Source: Acidobacterium sp.
Lineage (GTDB): Bacteria > Acidobacteriota > Terriglobia > Terriglobales > Acidobacteriaceae
Direction of reading: 5' to 3'
Length of the DNA: 53,505 nt
NCBI GenBank assembly: GCA_003167515.1
Contig: PMSS01000484.1
Span: 12,780 to 66,284, forward strand
The notes under the pieces are model-generated. The model saw only the letters and a list, made by a program, of their open reading frames with translations. It had not been told where the DNA came from and did not search any database. Both the position numbers and the translations under genes were made by a program. Below, piece by piece: positions 25,660 to 35,543 of this stretch. How positions within the stretch are numbered: the stretch's first letter is position 1; every line of letters starts with the position of its first letter.

Positions 25660-26982
25660 TTGCACACGGATCACGATTCCGACAACGGACAACGGGGACG
25701 CAGCGGACTAACTGACCGCACGCCGTCCGGCGCGCCGGAACAGATCGCGGTTGCCGTGCTCACCGGAGGCGGCGACCGGCCCTATGTATTCGGATTGACG
25801 AAGTCGCTTACGCCGCGCGGGGTCACGCTGGATTTGATTGCCAGCGACGAGCTTGACCTCCCGGAATTCCGCGGCCAGCCCGGTGTGCGCTTTCTCAATC
25901 TGCGGGGCAGTACCCGAAGTGATGCTCCTGCCTCGAAGAAAATGCTTCGCATCCTGAAATACTATGCGCGCCTCATGGGGTACGCCGCAACAGCCCGGCC
26001 GAAGATATTTCATATTCTGTGGAATAACAAATTTGAAAGCTTCGATCGCATCGTGCTGATGCTGTATTACAAACTGCTCGGGAAAAAGATTGTTTTCACG
26101 GCACATAATGTGAATGCGGGCCGACGGGACTCGCGCGATACTCTCCTGAATCGCCTCACGCTGCGCGCCCAGTATCGCCTTTCCGATCATATCTTCGTTC
26201 ACACCGAAAGCATGAAGCGCGAGATCGTTGCTGAGTTTGGCGTGCGGGAAGATCGAGTGGGAGTCATCCCATTCGGCATCAACAATTCCGTTCCCAGCAC
26301 CAGTCTTACGGCCGACGATGCAAAGCGTAAGCTGGGGCTTCGCAGCGGCGATAAGGCGATTCTCTTTTTCGGCAGAATCACGCCCTACAAGGGGCTTGAA
26401 CAGCTGATTACTTCGTTCCGGCAAGTGGCTACGCGTTCTAGCGACTACCGCCTGATCATCGCCGGACGGCCGGACCGCTGCGAGCAATACTGGAACGCGA
26501 TCCGGGAAGAGATCAGCGGAGAAGTACAGCGTGGGGAGATCATCCTCCATGCCAGCTTCATTCCTGACAGCGAGACTGAGGTCTATTTCAAGGCTGCCGA
26601 TGCATTGATCCTGCCGTACCGGCATATCTATCAGAGCGGAGTCCTGTTCCTCGGACATAGTTTTGGCCTCCCGGTGCTGGCAGCCGACGTGGGATCGCTG
26701 AAAGACGACATCGTCGACGGCAGGACGGGTTATCTGTTCAGGCCGGATGATCCGGATGATCTGGCGAAGACGATCGAGCGATACTTCGCAAGCGATTTAT
26801 ATGCGAACCTCAGCCGCCGCCGGCAGGACATCCATGATTATTCGGCCGCGCGCCACTCATGGGACGTGGTGAGTCAGACTACGATGAAGGTGTATGCCCG
26901 TTTGCTGCGAATGCCAAGCCCGGAGTATTCCCGGAGCCCCGATGCGTCGAGCACTTCACTCGATGTGAAGGCCCCTTCGTAA
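25660..26982 (+). CDS. glycosyltransferase, GT4 family (start codon uncertain)
   Basis: IAVAVLTGGGDRPYVFGLTKSL...FHILWNNKF...VFTAHNVN...ILFFGRITPYKGLEQL...YRLIIAGR...ADALILPYRHIYQSGVLFLGHSFGLPVLAADVGSL...GRTGYLF. No in-frame ATG lies downstream of the previous gene. TTG 25660 is the first non-overlapping start. The track ATG 25489 would overlap the GT2 gene by 133 nt. Confidence 0.8.
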   Translation: MHTDHDSDNGQRGRSGLTDRTPSGAPEQIAVAVLTGGGDRPYVFGLTKSLTPRGVTLDLIASDELDLPEFRGQPGVRFLNLRGSTRSDAPASKKMLRILKYYARLMGYAATARPKIFHILWNNKFESFDRIVLMLYYKLLGKKIVFTAHNVNAGRRDSRDTLLNRLTLRAQYRLSDHIFVHTESMKREIVAEFGVREDRVGVIPFGINNSVPSTSLTADDAKRKLGLRSGDKAILFFGRITPYKGLEQLITSFRQVATRSSDYRLIIAGRPDRCEQYWNAIREEISGEVQRGEIILHASFIPDSETEVYFKAADALILPYRHIYQSGVLFLGHSFGLPVLAADVGSLKDDIVDGRTGYLFRPDDPDDLAKTIERYFASDLYANLSRRRQDIHDYSAARHSWDVVSQTTMKVYARLLRMPSPEYSRSPDASSTSLDVKAPS

Positions 26983-27107
26983 GAAGGAATGATCTGTTGT
27001 GAAAGGACCAGGAGTGATCGTTGATTTGAGGATCCGTCGAGGGCTGGCTCACCGGCGTTGGTTCGCGCGCGTCTGTGAGGTGCACCATTCGCGGCCAGAG
27101 TGTTCGT

Positions 27108-28061
27108 ATGCCGCGGAATAGGACGGCGCTGGTCACGGGCGCAGAGGGCTTTATCGGCTCTCACCTGGTGAGATTTCTTCAGGGAGAAGGCTGGGATGTC
27201 ATTGGCAGTTACCGGCTGCATAGTTCTAAGTCGTTCCCGGAAGCGAAGAACCTTCGCTTTGTCCAGTGCGACTTGTCGAATGGACAGCGCGTAACACGAC
27301 TTTTCGACGAGCATCAACCGACCCATGTCTTCCATCTGGGAGCTCAGAGTCTGCCGACCTTGTCCTGGACTGACCCGGTGGAAACTTTCAATGCGAACGT
27401 GATGGGCTCGTTGTACCTTCTGGAGGCGGCACGGCACATGAAGCGTCCGCCCGTCGTTGTGTCGGCGTGTTCCAGTGCGGAATACGGAAACGTTCCGCCA
27501 TCAGCTATACCCGTCAAGGAAGATCAGCCCCTTCAGCCTCTCCATCCGTACGGCATCAGCAAAGTATGTCTCGATCTGCTGGCCAGGGAATATTTCCTGG
27601 ATTTTAAGGTGCCGACCGTCAACATTCGGCTGTTCAACACTACGGGTCCCGGCAAAACGAGCGACGCTCCCTCGGATTTCGTGAGACAACTCGTGCGGAT
27701 TAAAAAAGGTCTACAGAAGCCCGTGATCGAAGTGGGAAATCTGAAGCCGCGACGGGCGTTCCTGGATGTGAACGATACGGTACGAGGGTTTTACCTTGCC
27801 GCGTTGAAAGGCAAACATGGCGAAGCTTATAACCTTTGCGCGTCGAGGACCTGGGAGATTGGTGAGATGCTAGGGATGGCGATGCGCCGGTCGGGAGTGA
27901 AGGCGGAAATACGGATAGCCAAACGGCTGCTGCGACCTTCCGACGAGAAAGTCATTTTTGGAGATACAAAAAAGATTCGCCGGGATACTGGCTGGAAGCC
28001 GCTGCGAACGCTCGATCAGACAATAGCGTCGATGCTGAGCTACTGGGAAAGTGCGCTATAG
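27108..28061 (+). CDS. extended SDR NDP-sugar dehydratase/reductase (GDP-mannose 4,6-dehydratase / Rmd-like subfamily)
   Basis: ALVTGAEGFIGSHL Rossmann motif, catalytic YGISK, RLFNTTGPGKT, and VGNLKPRRAFLDVNDTVRGF (Rmd-like pattern). ATG at 27108; the track begins at 27075. Confidence 0.75.
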   Translation: MPRNRTALVTGAEGFIGSHLVRFLQGEGWDVIGSYRLHSSKSFPEAKNLRFVQCDLSNGQRVTRLFDEHQPTHVFHLGAQSLPTLSWTDPVETFNANVMGSLYLLEAARHMKRPPVVVSACSSAEYGNVPPSAIPVKEDQPLQPLHPYGISKVCLDLLAREYFLDFKVPTVNIRLFNTTGPGKTSDAPSDFVRQLVRIKKGLQKPVIEVGNLKPRRAFLDVNDTVRGFYLAALKGKHGEAYNLCASRTWEIGEMLGMAMRRSGVKAEIRIAKRLLRPSDEKVIFGDTKKIRRDTGWKPLRTLDQTIASMLSYWESAL

Positions 28062-28104
28062 CTGCTTTTGATGGAGCCCGGACGGGCAGGATCAGGTTAA
28101 ATAC

Positions 28105-29217
28105 ATGATAATTACAAGCACTCCTCTTCGTATTTCATTCTTCGGTGGTGGTACTGACTATCCGGTCTGGTATCGGGAGTACGGCGGCTCAGTACTGTCA
28201 ACCGCGATCGACAAGCGTTGTTACATCACTTGCCGGCGGTTACCGCCCTTTTTTGAATTCCACAGCCGCGTTTCCTACTCAAAGGTTGAAAACGTCGCCA
28301 GCAACAGTGCGATCGAGCACCCTTCCGTCCGCGGTTGTCTGCAATATCTGGGGATGGACGAAGGTGTCGAAATCCATCACGTCGCGGACTTGCCCGCCCG
28401 CACCGGCCTCGGCACGAGTTCGGCATTCACGGTGGGGCTTCTGCTTGCTCTTAACGCGCTCAAAAATCAGATGCGCGATAAGCACACGCTTGCCAGGGAG
28501 GCCATCCATGTCGAGCAGGACGTGTTGGGCGAGGCGGTCGGTGCACAGGATCAGGTGAGCGCCGCGTATGGAGGCCTGAACCGGATCAATTTCTGCCAGA
28601 ATGACTCTATCGACGTGAAGCCGATTCTGCTTTCACAAAGCAGATTGGCGGAACTTGAGCAGAACCTGGCCCTCTTTTTTACGGGTTTCTCCCGTACCGC
28701 ATCGGAAATTGCTCAGGAACAACTGCGGGTGACCCCGAACAAAAAGCAGGAGCTCAACGCGATGCTCGAGCTGGTCGACGAAGGCGAGGCGATTCTTGCG
28801 AATCCGAAACGCCCCATCGACGAGTTCGGCCGGCTCTTACATCAGGGTTGGCAGCTTAAACGGTCGCTGACGAACAAGATATCGAATGCCAGCATTGACG
28901 AGATCTACCAGGCGGGGATGAGCGCCGGCGCGGTGGGAGGCAAGCTGCTGGGCGCCGGTGGAGGCGGGTTTATGTTGTTCTGCGTTCCACCCGAGCGGCG
29001 AGAAGCGTTGAAGGCACGATTGAACAACCTTTTGTGCGTTCCATTTTCTTTCTCCAACCGGGGCAGTCATATCATCGTGTATGAGCCGGAAGAGGTCTAC
29101 GATAAGGAACTCGCGACTCATCGTGGTGCGATCTATGGGTCCGAAGCGCCAGCCGCCGGCATTGGGACTGCGGCTGCCAGCAACGGGCTGCTGGACCACC
29201 CCGTTGAGGTGAAGTAA
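28105..29217 (+). CDS. GHMP-family sugar(-phosphate) kinase (HddA / heptose-7-phosphate-kinase-like)
   Basis: TPLRISFFGGGTDYPVWY start, GHMP motif II (DLPARTGLGTSSAFTVGLLLAL) and motif III (GGKLLGAGGGGFMLF). Confidence 0.75.
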   Translation: MIITSTPLRISFFGGGTDYPVWYREYGGSVLSTAIDKRCYITCRRLPPFFEFHSRVSYSKVENVASNSAIEHPSVRGCLQYLGMDEGVEIHHVADLPARTGLGTSSAFTVGLLLALNALKNQMRDKHTLAREAIHVEQDVLGEAVGAQDQVSAAYGGLNRINFCQNDSIDVKPILLSQSRLAELEQNLALFFTGFSRTASEIAQEQLRVTPNKKQELNAMLELVDEGEAILANPKRPIDEFGRLLHQGWQLKRSLTNKISNASIDEIYQAGMSAGAVGGKLLGAGGGGFMLFCVPPERREALKARLNNLLCVPFSFSNRGSHIIVYEPEEVYDKELATHRGAIYGSEAPAAGIGTAAASNGLLDHPVEVK

Positions 29218-30137
29218 TGAACCGCAGCGGTCTGCCGTATGTTCTCATTACTCCCGCTCGCAATGAGGCGACGTTTATTGAGACGACGATTGAATCCGTG
29301 ATTCATCAAACGGTATTGCCGGAGCGCTGGGTGATCGTGAATGACGGATCGACGGACGATACATCGGCGCGCGTCAAACCGTATCTGGCGGCTTACCCGT
29401 GGATCGAACTGGTTGACCTGCCCGTTCGCAGGGAGCGGCATTTCGCGGCCAAAGTGAGCGCGTTCAATGCCGGTCAGGAACGCCTGAAGGGGCTGGACTA
29501 CGAAATTATCGGCAATCTGGACGGTGATGTCTCGTTCGATAACGATCATCTTGAGTTCCTGCTCACCGAGTTCAGCAAGGACTCGCGTCTGGGCGTGGCG
29601 GGTACCGTCTTCAGGGAAGACGGCTACAGTTCGGAGACCGACAGCTTTGAAGGGCAGAGCCATGTGGCGGGGCAGTGCCAGCTCTTCCGTCGCCAGTGCT
29701 TCGAGGAGATTGGCGGCTATCGTGCCAACAAAGCGGGCGGCATCGACTGGATGGCCTCCACAACGGCGCGCATGATTGGCTGGAAAACCCGATCGTTTCG
29801 TGAAAAGTCGTTCTTTCACCACCGGAAAATGGGAACAGCCGAGCGCGGCCAGCTGGCGTCAAGCTTCTCTTATGGCGAGAAGGATTACTATCTGGGCGGC
29901 CATCCTGTATGGGAGATCTTCCGCGTAGCCTGGAGAATGACCAAGAAGCCCTATCTGGTGGATGGCGTCGCACTGGGTCTCGGATATCTGTGGGCTCTTC
30001 TGCGCCGGGCCAAACGTCCGGTTTCAGATGAACTCATGCGGTTCCACCGTAAGGAGCAGATGCGGAAGCTGAAAAGTATCCTGAGCTCCGTGATTACGAT
30101 GAAACGCTTCAACCGCTTCGAGACGAAGCCCAGCTGA
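29217..30137 (+). CDS. glycosyltransferase, GT2 family
   Basis: YVLITPARNEATFIETTIESVIHQT...WVIVNDGSTDDT...GNLDGDVSF (DxD). The start overlaps the upstream stop by 1 nt (TAATG). Confidence 0.85.
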   Translation: MNRSGLPYVLITPARNEATFIETTIESVIHQTVLPERWVIVNDGSTDDTSARVKPYLAAYPWIELVDLPVRRERHFAAKVSAFNAGQERLKGLDYEIIGNLDGDVSFDNDHLEFLLTEFSKDSRLGVAGTVFREDGYSSETDSFEGQSHVAGQCQLFRRQCFEEIGGYRANKAGGIDWMASTTARMIGWKTRSFREKSFFHHRKMGTAERGQLASSFSYGEKDYYLGGHPVWEIFRVAWRMTKKPYLVDGVALGLGYLWALLRRAKRPVSDELMRFHRKEQMRKLKSILSSVITMKRFNRFETKPS

Positions 30138-30159
30138 CATCGATGGTGATGAGATCACA

Positions 30160-31422
30160 ATGCTAGCCGCTGATATCGAAACAACCCGTGCGACTCCGGC
30201 TGAACTCGACCGGACAAAAACGGCCGTCCTGCGATTTGTCGCGTGGCTCGATGGCTACGGAGAAGAGTCGTACGATCATCAGAGCTTTTACGCGAGCGAT
30301 CTGGGCAGGAAGGCGAAGGCCCTTTATTACCGGCGTCCTCTGCTGGGCAAGGTTGCGGTCGCGCCGATGATCCTGGCTGAAGCGTTCGTCCCGCGCGCCC
30401 GGCAGCTGTTCTGGAAACCGCAGAGGCTGCCCATCGCCGACGCGCATTACGCCATGGGGTTTGCATTCCTGTCAACGTTTCTGAACGATGAACAGTACTA
30501 TCGCCGCGCTGTTCACTTTCTCGAAGTTCTGGAAAAAACGCGGTGCCCGGGTTATGACCACTACTGCTGGGGGTATCCGTTCAACTGGGAGACGCGGCGT
30601 GGGACGATGCCGGAGGGAACGCCGCTGGTCACAACCGTCCCTTACGTCTACGAGGCGTTCCTTCAGGTTTATCAGATCGACCGTGACCAGCGATGGCGGG
30701 AGGTCATGCGTTCAATTGCCGAGCACGTCTACGGCGATTATCATGACTACCCTGTTTCAGAGACTGCCTCCAGTTGTTCTTATAATCCCGATCCGGAAGA
30801 GCGGGGAGGGGTGATCAACGCGAGCGCCTACCGAGCCTTTGTCCTGACCAGGGCCGCTGCGGATTTCTCCGACGATCGTTATCGGTCTGCCGCTCGGAGA
30901 AATCTGAATTTCGTGCTTGAGTCGCAGAACGACGACGGTTCCTGGTACTACTCTGTCGATGGCGAAAGAGACTTTATCGATCACTTTCACACCTGTTTTG
31001 TTCTCAAGGCGCTGGCGAAGATCGAGGCTCTCACGGTAGATCCACGAATTACGCGGGCGATTGAACGGGGCGTCGACTACTACGTCAAGAATTTATTCGA
31101 TGAAGAAGGCATGCCGAGGCCGTTCTCGCGCCGACCGCGTTTAACGGTCTACCGCAACGAACTGTACGACTACGCCGAGTGCATTAATCTGGCGGTCCTG
31201 CTGCGCGGCAGGTTTCCCGCTCTGGATGAAGTTCTGGCCCATGTCATCGACCTTGGCGATTGGCAAAAGCCGGATGGATCCTTCCGAGCCCGCAAGCTTC
31301 TTTTGGGATGGGATAATACACCGATGCATCGCTGGGCGCAGTCGCAGATGTTCAGAAGCCTCTGCTTCTTTCTCGATGCGAGCCAGAGCGACCTGCAGAC
31401 AACCTTGTCGACGAGTAACTAA
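30160..31422 (+). CDS. conserved hypothetical protein, probable (alpha/alpha)6-toroid fold
   Basis: 420 aa with no signal peptide. Helix-rich, with terpenoid-cyclase/prenyltransferase-like QW-type segments (ESQNDDGSWYYS, DWQKPDGSF) and CWGYPFNWE. No family was assignable by eye. Confidence 0.35.
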   Translation: MLAADIETTRATPAELDRTKTAVLRFVAWLDGYGEESYDHQSFYASDLGRKAKALYYRRPLLGKVAVAPMILAEAFVPRARQLFWKPQRLPIADAHYAMGFAFLSTFLNDEQYYRRAVHFLEVLEKTRCPGYDHYCWGYPFNWETRRGTMPEGTPLVTTVPYVYEAFLQVYQIDRDQRWREVMRSIAEHVYGDYHDYPVSETASSCSYNPDPEERGGVINASAYRAFVLTRAAADFSDDRYRSAARRNLNFVLESQNDDGSWYYSVDGERDFIDHFHTCFVLKALAKIEALTVDPRITRAIERGVDYYVKNLFDEEGMPRPFSRRPRLTVYRNELYDYAECINLAVLLRGRFPALDEVLAHVIDLGDWQKPDGSFRARKLLLGWDNTPMHRWAQSQMFRSLCFFLDASQSDLQTTLSTSN

Positions 31423-31430
31423 GAGTCCCT

Positions 31431-33332
31431 ATGTGCGGAATCTGTGGCCAATATAACTATCTGGACGGAGCGCCCGTCTCTCGCCAGGACATCGAGGGGA
31501 TGGCGGATAGTATCGCGCACCGCGGTCCTGACGACGAAGGGTACTTCATTGCAGGGTCAGTGGGTCTTGGGTTTCGTCGTCTGTCGATCATCGATCTCGA
31601 GGGCGGACATCAGCCGATGTCCGATGAAGAGAAGTCCGTGTGGGTTGTTTTTAACGGCGAAATCTACAATTTCCCCGAAGTCAAAAGGGAGCTGGAGAGC
31701 TACGGGCACCGATTCCGGACCAGGTCAGATACCGAAGTCATCGTCCACGGCTACAAGCAGTGGGGCGATGACGTCTTCAATCATCTCAACGGGATGTTCG
31801 GCCTGGCGATCTGGGATGTTCGGAAGCAGAGGCTGGTCCTCGCGCGGGATCCATTCGGAATCAAGCTGATCTATTACAGCCTGAAGAACGGGCAACTGCA
31901 TTTCGGCTCGGAAATCCGCGCGGTGCGGAGCGGGGCCGATGAACCGGCCGAGGTCGATCCGAATTCACTGAACCTGTTTCTCCGGTATCGTTTCACTCCA
32001 TCGCCGCGTACGATCTTTGACGGGATTCAGAAGCTTGCTGCGGGCACGATGCTGGTATGCGAGAACGGGACGGCTTCGGTGCGCCGTTGGTATGGGAATC
32101 GGCCGGTGCCGTTTTCGCCGCCGAAGTCGGTTGGGCAAGCGCGCGAGGAGCTGGCCGAACTCTACCGGCAGGCGATGAAGAGACATCTGCTCAGTGATGT
32201 GCCGGTCGGGCTGTTGTTGAGCGGCGGCGTGGATTCGGGGCTGCTGCTGGCCCTGATGAATCTCTACGGGGAGTCATGGCAAACCTACACCGTAGGCTAC
32301 GGCACGAGTTTCAGCGACGACGAGTTAGCCGACGCTGCCGACACCGCCAGGAGATTTGGCGCGCGGCATACCAGCGTGATGCTGGACAGGAAGAGCTTTG
32401 AAGAAGCGTTGCCGGCGATCGTTGCGCAGCTGGAGGAGCCGATCGCGTCTTCGTCGATTGTTCCAATGTATTTTGTATGCAAGCGGGCCCGCGAAGATGT
32501 GAAGGTTGCGTTGATCGGGCAAGGCCCCGACGAGCTCTTTGGGGGCTATCGCCGCCACCTTGGCATTCAGTATGGATCGTATTGGCGCGCGCTACCGGCG
32601 TGGATGCGCGCTCCGCTGGTTCGGGCGATCATGGCGCTGCCACGCAATGAGGCTCTGAAGAGAGGCGTTCACTCCCTCGGCTCCGGGGATCGGATCCAGA
32701 AGTATCAGCAGGTATTATCTCTGCTGCCCGGGGATGAGATTGACGCGCTGTTTCATGACGGCTTGCTCGATCGGGACGCGGGCAATGAGCTGCTCGAATG
32801 CTGGAAGGATCTGTTGCCGCTGATGAGCGAGACGGATGAGCTGGGCGGTTTCCAGTTCCTCGAAATGAGATCGACTCTTCCCGACGAGCTGCTGATGTAC
32901 GGCGATAAGCTCTCGATGGCCCACGGCCTCGAGGGGCGGGTGCCTTATCTGGACAAAGAAGTCGTCGAATATGTTGAGAGATTGCCGGCCAGGTTCAAGG
33001 TGCATTTCGGGACGCGAAAATGGCTGCATCGCAAGGTAGCCGGGGAATTTCTTCCCCGGGAGGTCCTCACCAGAAAGAAACGCGGCTTCGCGGTGAACGT
33101 TGTGGACGAGTGGTTTCGCGGATCGATGACCGCGGGAATGACGGATATTGTGATGAACAGCGATTCGCTGCTTTATCGCTATCTGAGGCCATCGGCGGTG
33201 CAGCGCATCTTCCTGGAGCATCAGTCAGGTCAGAATGACTATCACAAGATATTATTCAGCCTGATGGTTTTCGAGGAATGGCTTCGGGTTCAGCTCTCTT
33301 CCGATGTTGGTGTGGGAATGGCGCGCACATAA
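31431..33332 (+). CDS. asnB: asparagine synthase (glutamine-hydrolysing) family amidotransferase, canonical active sites
   Basis: MCGICG N-terminal nucleophile, RGPDDEG, VFNGEIYNF, DTEVI and the PP-loop LLSGGVDSG. Given the locus context it is probably a sugar-carboxylate amidotransferase rather than housekeeping AsnB; that is inference. Confidence 0.85.
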   Translation: MCGICGQYNYLDGAPVSRQDIEGMADSIAHRGPDDEGYFIAGSVGLGFRRLSIIDLEGGHQPMSDEEKSVWVVFNGEIYNFPEVKRELESYGHRFRTRSDTEVIVHGYKQWGDDVFNHLNGMFGLAIWDVRKQRLVLARDPFGIKLIYYSLKNGQLHFGSEIRAVRSGADEPAEVDPNSLNLFLRYRFTPSPRTIFDGIQKLAAGTMLVCENGTASVRRWYGNRPVPFSPPKSVGQAREELAELYRQAMKRHLLSDVPVGLLLSGGVDSGLLLALMNLYGESWQTYTVGYGTSFSDDELADAADTARRFGARHTSVMLDRKSFEEALPAIVAQLEEPIASSSIVPMYFVCKRAREDVKVALIGQGPDELFGGYRRHLGIQYGSYWRALPAWMRAPLVRAIMALPRNEALKRGVHSLGSGDRIQKYQQVLSLLPGDEIDALFHDGLLDRDAGNELLECWKDLLPLMSETDELGGFQFLEMRSTLPDELLMYGDKLSMAHGLEGRVPYLDKEVVEYVERLPARFKVHFGTRKWLHRKVAGEFLPREVLTRKKRGFAVNVVDEWFRGSMTAGMTDIVMNSDSLLYRYLRPSAVQRIFLEHQSGQNDYHKILFSLMVFEEWLRVQLSSDVGVGMART

Positions 33333-33341
33333 TATGGAAGT

Positions 33342-33875
33342 ATGCTTTTCCAGGAAACTACGATCGGCGGAGTATTCGAGGTTCAGCTGGAGCGCAAGGC
33401 GGACGAGCGTGGATTCTTCGCGCGTTCGTGGTGCAGGGAGGAATTCGAACGTGCGGGTTTGAATCCCAGGCTGGCGCAGTGCAGTATTTCGTATAACCCC
33501 CGCAGGGGCACGCTGCGGGGAATGCACTACCAGGTGGCTCCTTACGCAGAGGCAAAGCTGGTGCGCTGCACCAGCGGCGCGATCTACGATGTTGTGATCG
33601 ATCTGCGCGTTCAGTCGCCGACCTACAGGCACTGGGCAGGGTTCACGCTGACGGCTGAGAATCGAGACATGGTTTACATCCCGGAAGGGTGCGCGCACGG
33701 TTTTCTGACTCTGGAAGACGAGAGCGAGATTTTCTATCAGATCTCGGAGTTTTACAGTGCCGAATCGGCCCGGGGTGTGCGCTGGGATGACCCGGCGTTC
33801 GGGATCGTATGGCCGGAGAAGCCGCAGATGATGTCCGACCGCGACCGCACATATCCCGACTTCAAATATGCGTGA
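33342..33875 (+). CDS. rfbC: NDP-4-dehydro-6-deoxyhexose 3,5-epimerase (RmlC/RfbC cupin family)
   Basis: DERGFFARSW...RGTLRGMHYQ..PYAEAKLVRCTSGAIYDVVIDLR..SPTYRHW....LTAENRDMVYIPEGCAHGF is the textbook RmlC pattern. Confidence 0.85.
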   Translation: MLFQETTIGGVFEVQLERKADERGFFARSWCREEFERAGLNPRLAQCSISYNPRRGTLRGMHYQVAPYAEAKLVRCTSGAIYDVVIDLRVQSPTYRHWAGFTLTAENRDMVYIPEGCAHGFLTLEDESEIFYQISEFYSAESARGVRWDDPAFGIVWPEKPQMMSDRDRTYPDFKYA

Positions 33876-33923
33876 CTTCAAATCTGACTTCGAAATTACG
33901 GACTTCGGAATTACGGGCTCTGC

Positions 33924-35252
33924 ATGAGACAGCGGCTGTTCGCGGATTTCGAAGAAAGAGATCAGGCGGAGTTGGGCGAAAAGCTTCACAGCTTTGCCCG
34001 CGAGCTGTATCCGATCTGCCGCAGCATTACCGGAGCCGGAATTCGGGAGACGCTGGAGCGTATCGGGAAGCGCATTCCCGTGAAAGTCTCGAACGTGCCC
34101 ACTGGCACCGCAGTCTTCGACTGGACGGTGCCCAGAGAATGGAACATTCGAGATGCCTATATTAAGGATGCGCGCGGACACCGCGTGGTCGATTTTCAGC
34201 AGCTCAATCTGCGCGTCGTCAATTACAGCGTCCCCGTCCGCGCCACATTGTCGTTGAGTGAGCTGCATCCGCACCTGCATTCTCTTCCCGATCACCCAGA
34301 CTGGATTCCTTATCGCACCTCCTACTACCGGGAGGATTGGGGGTTTTGTCTTTCCCATAACGAGAGGGTCGCGCTCGAGGACGGCGATTATAAGGTATGT
34401 ATCGATTCGTCGCTCGAAGATGGAAACCTGACCTATGGCGAATGCTATCTGCCAGGTCGCTCGAGCGAGGAAGTCCTCATTTCGTGCCACGCCTGCCATC
34501 CCTCATTGGCGAACGATAATCTTTCCGGGCTGACAGTCGCCACCGCGATGGCGGAATTCCTTCAGGGGCGCGATCTGCGTTACTCGTATCGGTTCCTCTT
34601 CGTTCCGGGAACCATCGGCGCGATTACATGGCTGGCGCAGAACCGTGAGAATGCCGGCCGGATACGCCACGGCATGGTTCTGGCGGGAGTGGGTGACCCA
34701 GGGGGTTTCCACTACAAGAAGAGCCGCCGCGGAGACACGGAAATCGATCGCGGCGCAACGCAGGTTCTGAAACACAGTGGGGAAGCGTGGGAGACCCTCG
34801 ACTTCTCGCCCTACGGCTATGACGAGCGGCAATATTGCTCACCGGGTTTCAATCTTGCTGTTGGTTGTCTTATGAGGAGCGTCTGGGGGACCTTTCCGGA
34901 GTACCATACTTCCGCCGACAATCTTGATTTCATTCGCCCTGCGCAGTTGGCGGGATCTCTTCGGGTCTGCATCGGCATTGCGGATGTGCTGGAAAACAAC
35001 CGGCGATATCGCAATCTGAATCCATATTGCGAACCTCAACTGGGAAAGCGGAATCTCTATCGGTCCACGGGCGGGGGCTCGATCGGGACCGAGATCAACG
35101 CCCGCCTGTGGGTCCTCAATCTGTCGGATGGAGAGAATTCGCTTCTGGAAATCGCGGAGCGATCCGGCCTGCCGTTCCCGACGATCGCCGATGCGGCAGA
35201 GCTGCTGCTGGACGGCGGGTTGCTGGCTCCCCTTCCGGAGAATGAGTCGTAA
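33924..35252 (+). CDS. aminopeptidase-like (M28-fold) protein of unknown function found in sugar-biosynthesis loci (DUF4910/DUF2172-type) with a C-terminal winged-helix-like tail
   Basis: LYPICRSITGAGIRETL...VPTGTAVFDWTVPREWNIRDAYI...CHPSLANDNLSGLTVATAM...YSYRFLFVPGTIGAITWL...GYDERQYCSPGFNL...YHTSADNLDFI matches my memory of the COG4310-type family. The antisense 415-aa ORF 33252..34499 is a shadow. Confidence 0.6.
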   Translation: MRQRLFADFEERDQAELGEKLHSFARELYPICRSITGAGIRETLERIGKRIPVKVSNVPTGTAVFDWTVPREWNIRDAYIKDARGHRVVDFQQLNLRVVNYSVPVRATLSLSELHPHLHSLPDHPDWIPYRTSYYREDWGFCLSHNERVALEDGDYKVCIDSSLEDGNLTYGECYLPGRSSEEVLISCHACHPSLANDNLSGLTVATAMAEFLQGRDLRYSYRFLFVPGTIGAITWLAQNRENAGRIRHGMVLAGVGDPGGFHYKKSRRGDTEIDRGATQVLKHSGEAWETLDFSPYGYDERQYCSPGFNLAVGCLMRSVWGTFPEYHTSADNLDFIRPAQLAGSLRVCIGIADVLENNRRYRNLNPYCEPQLGKRNLYRSTGGGSIGTEINARLWVLNLSDGENSLLEIAERSGLPFPTIADAAELLLDGGLLAPLPENES

Positions 35253-35543
35253 GAGGCATTGCGGAAAAAAGGGAAACTGCGGCTCGTCGCGCTCTCCCCG
35301 AATATGAAGCTTCCGTAACATAATCGCGTTACTTCGACTGAACCAGGCGGGTCATTGCAACGTGGAAAATGAATGCTAGCATCGGAGCTGATCGCAGCAC
35401 CAGTGGTTCTCCGCGCACTCGTTCGTGCTGGAGTGTAGCGAGGACTGCTTACCAATCATCAGTACGCTTAATGCGCTTCCCAGTCCTCGCGGGGCCTACC
35501 CTTGCGAGCAAAAGCGCGAAGTTGTTTCGAACCAGGGAGTCAC

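Noticed and set aside
33252-34499. 415-aa minus-strand ORF; the same applies to 20598..21578, 22493..23560, 25708..26658, 39657..40544 and 48304..49215
   Set aside because: All lie antisense to + strand genes with strong family signatures (RmlC, aminopeptidase-like, AsnB-like, beta-helix, GT4, Wzx, PQQ dehydrogenase). All translate to biased, motif-free sequence.
35438-35490. 10-bp long-range complementarity (GCGAGGACTG ... CAGTCCTCGC) in the 291-nt gap before the CDP-sugar cassette
   Set aside because: The 33-nt loop has no supporting internal structure or recognisable RNA family. It could be a weak terminator or chance, and the support is too thin to call as a feature.
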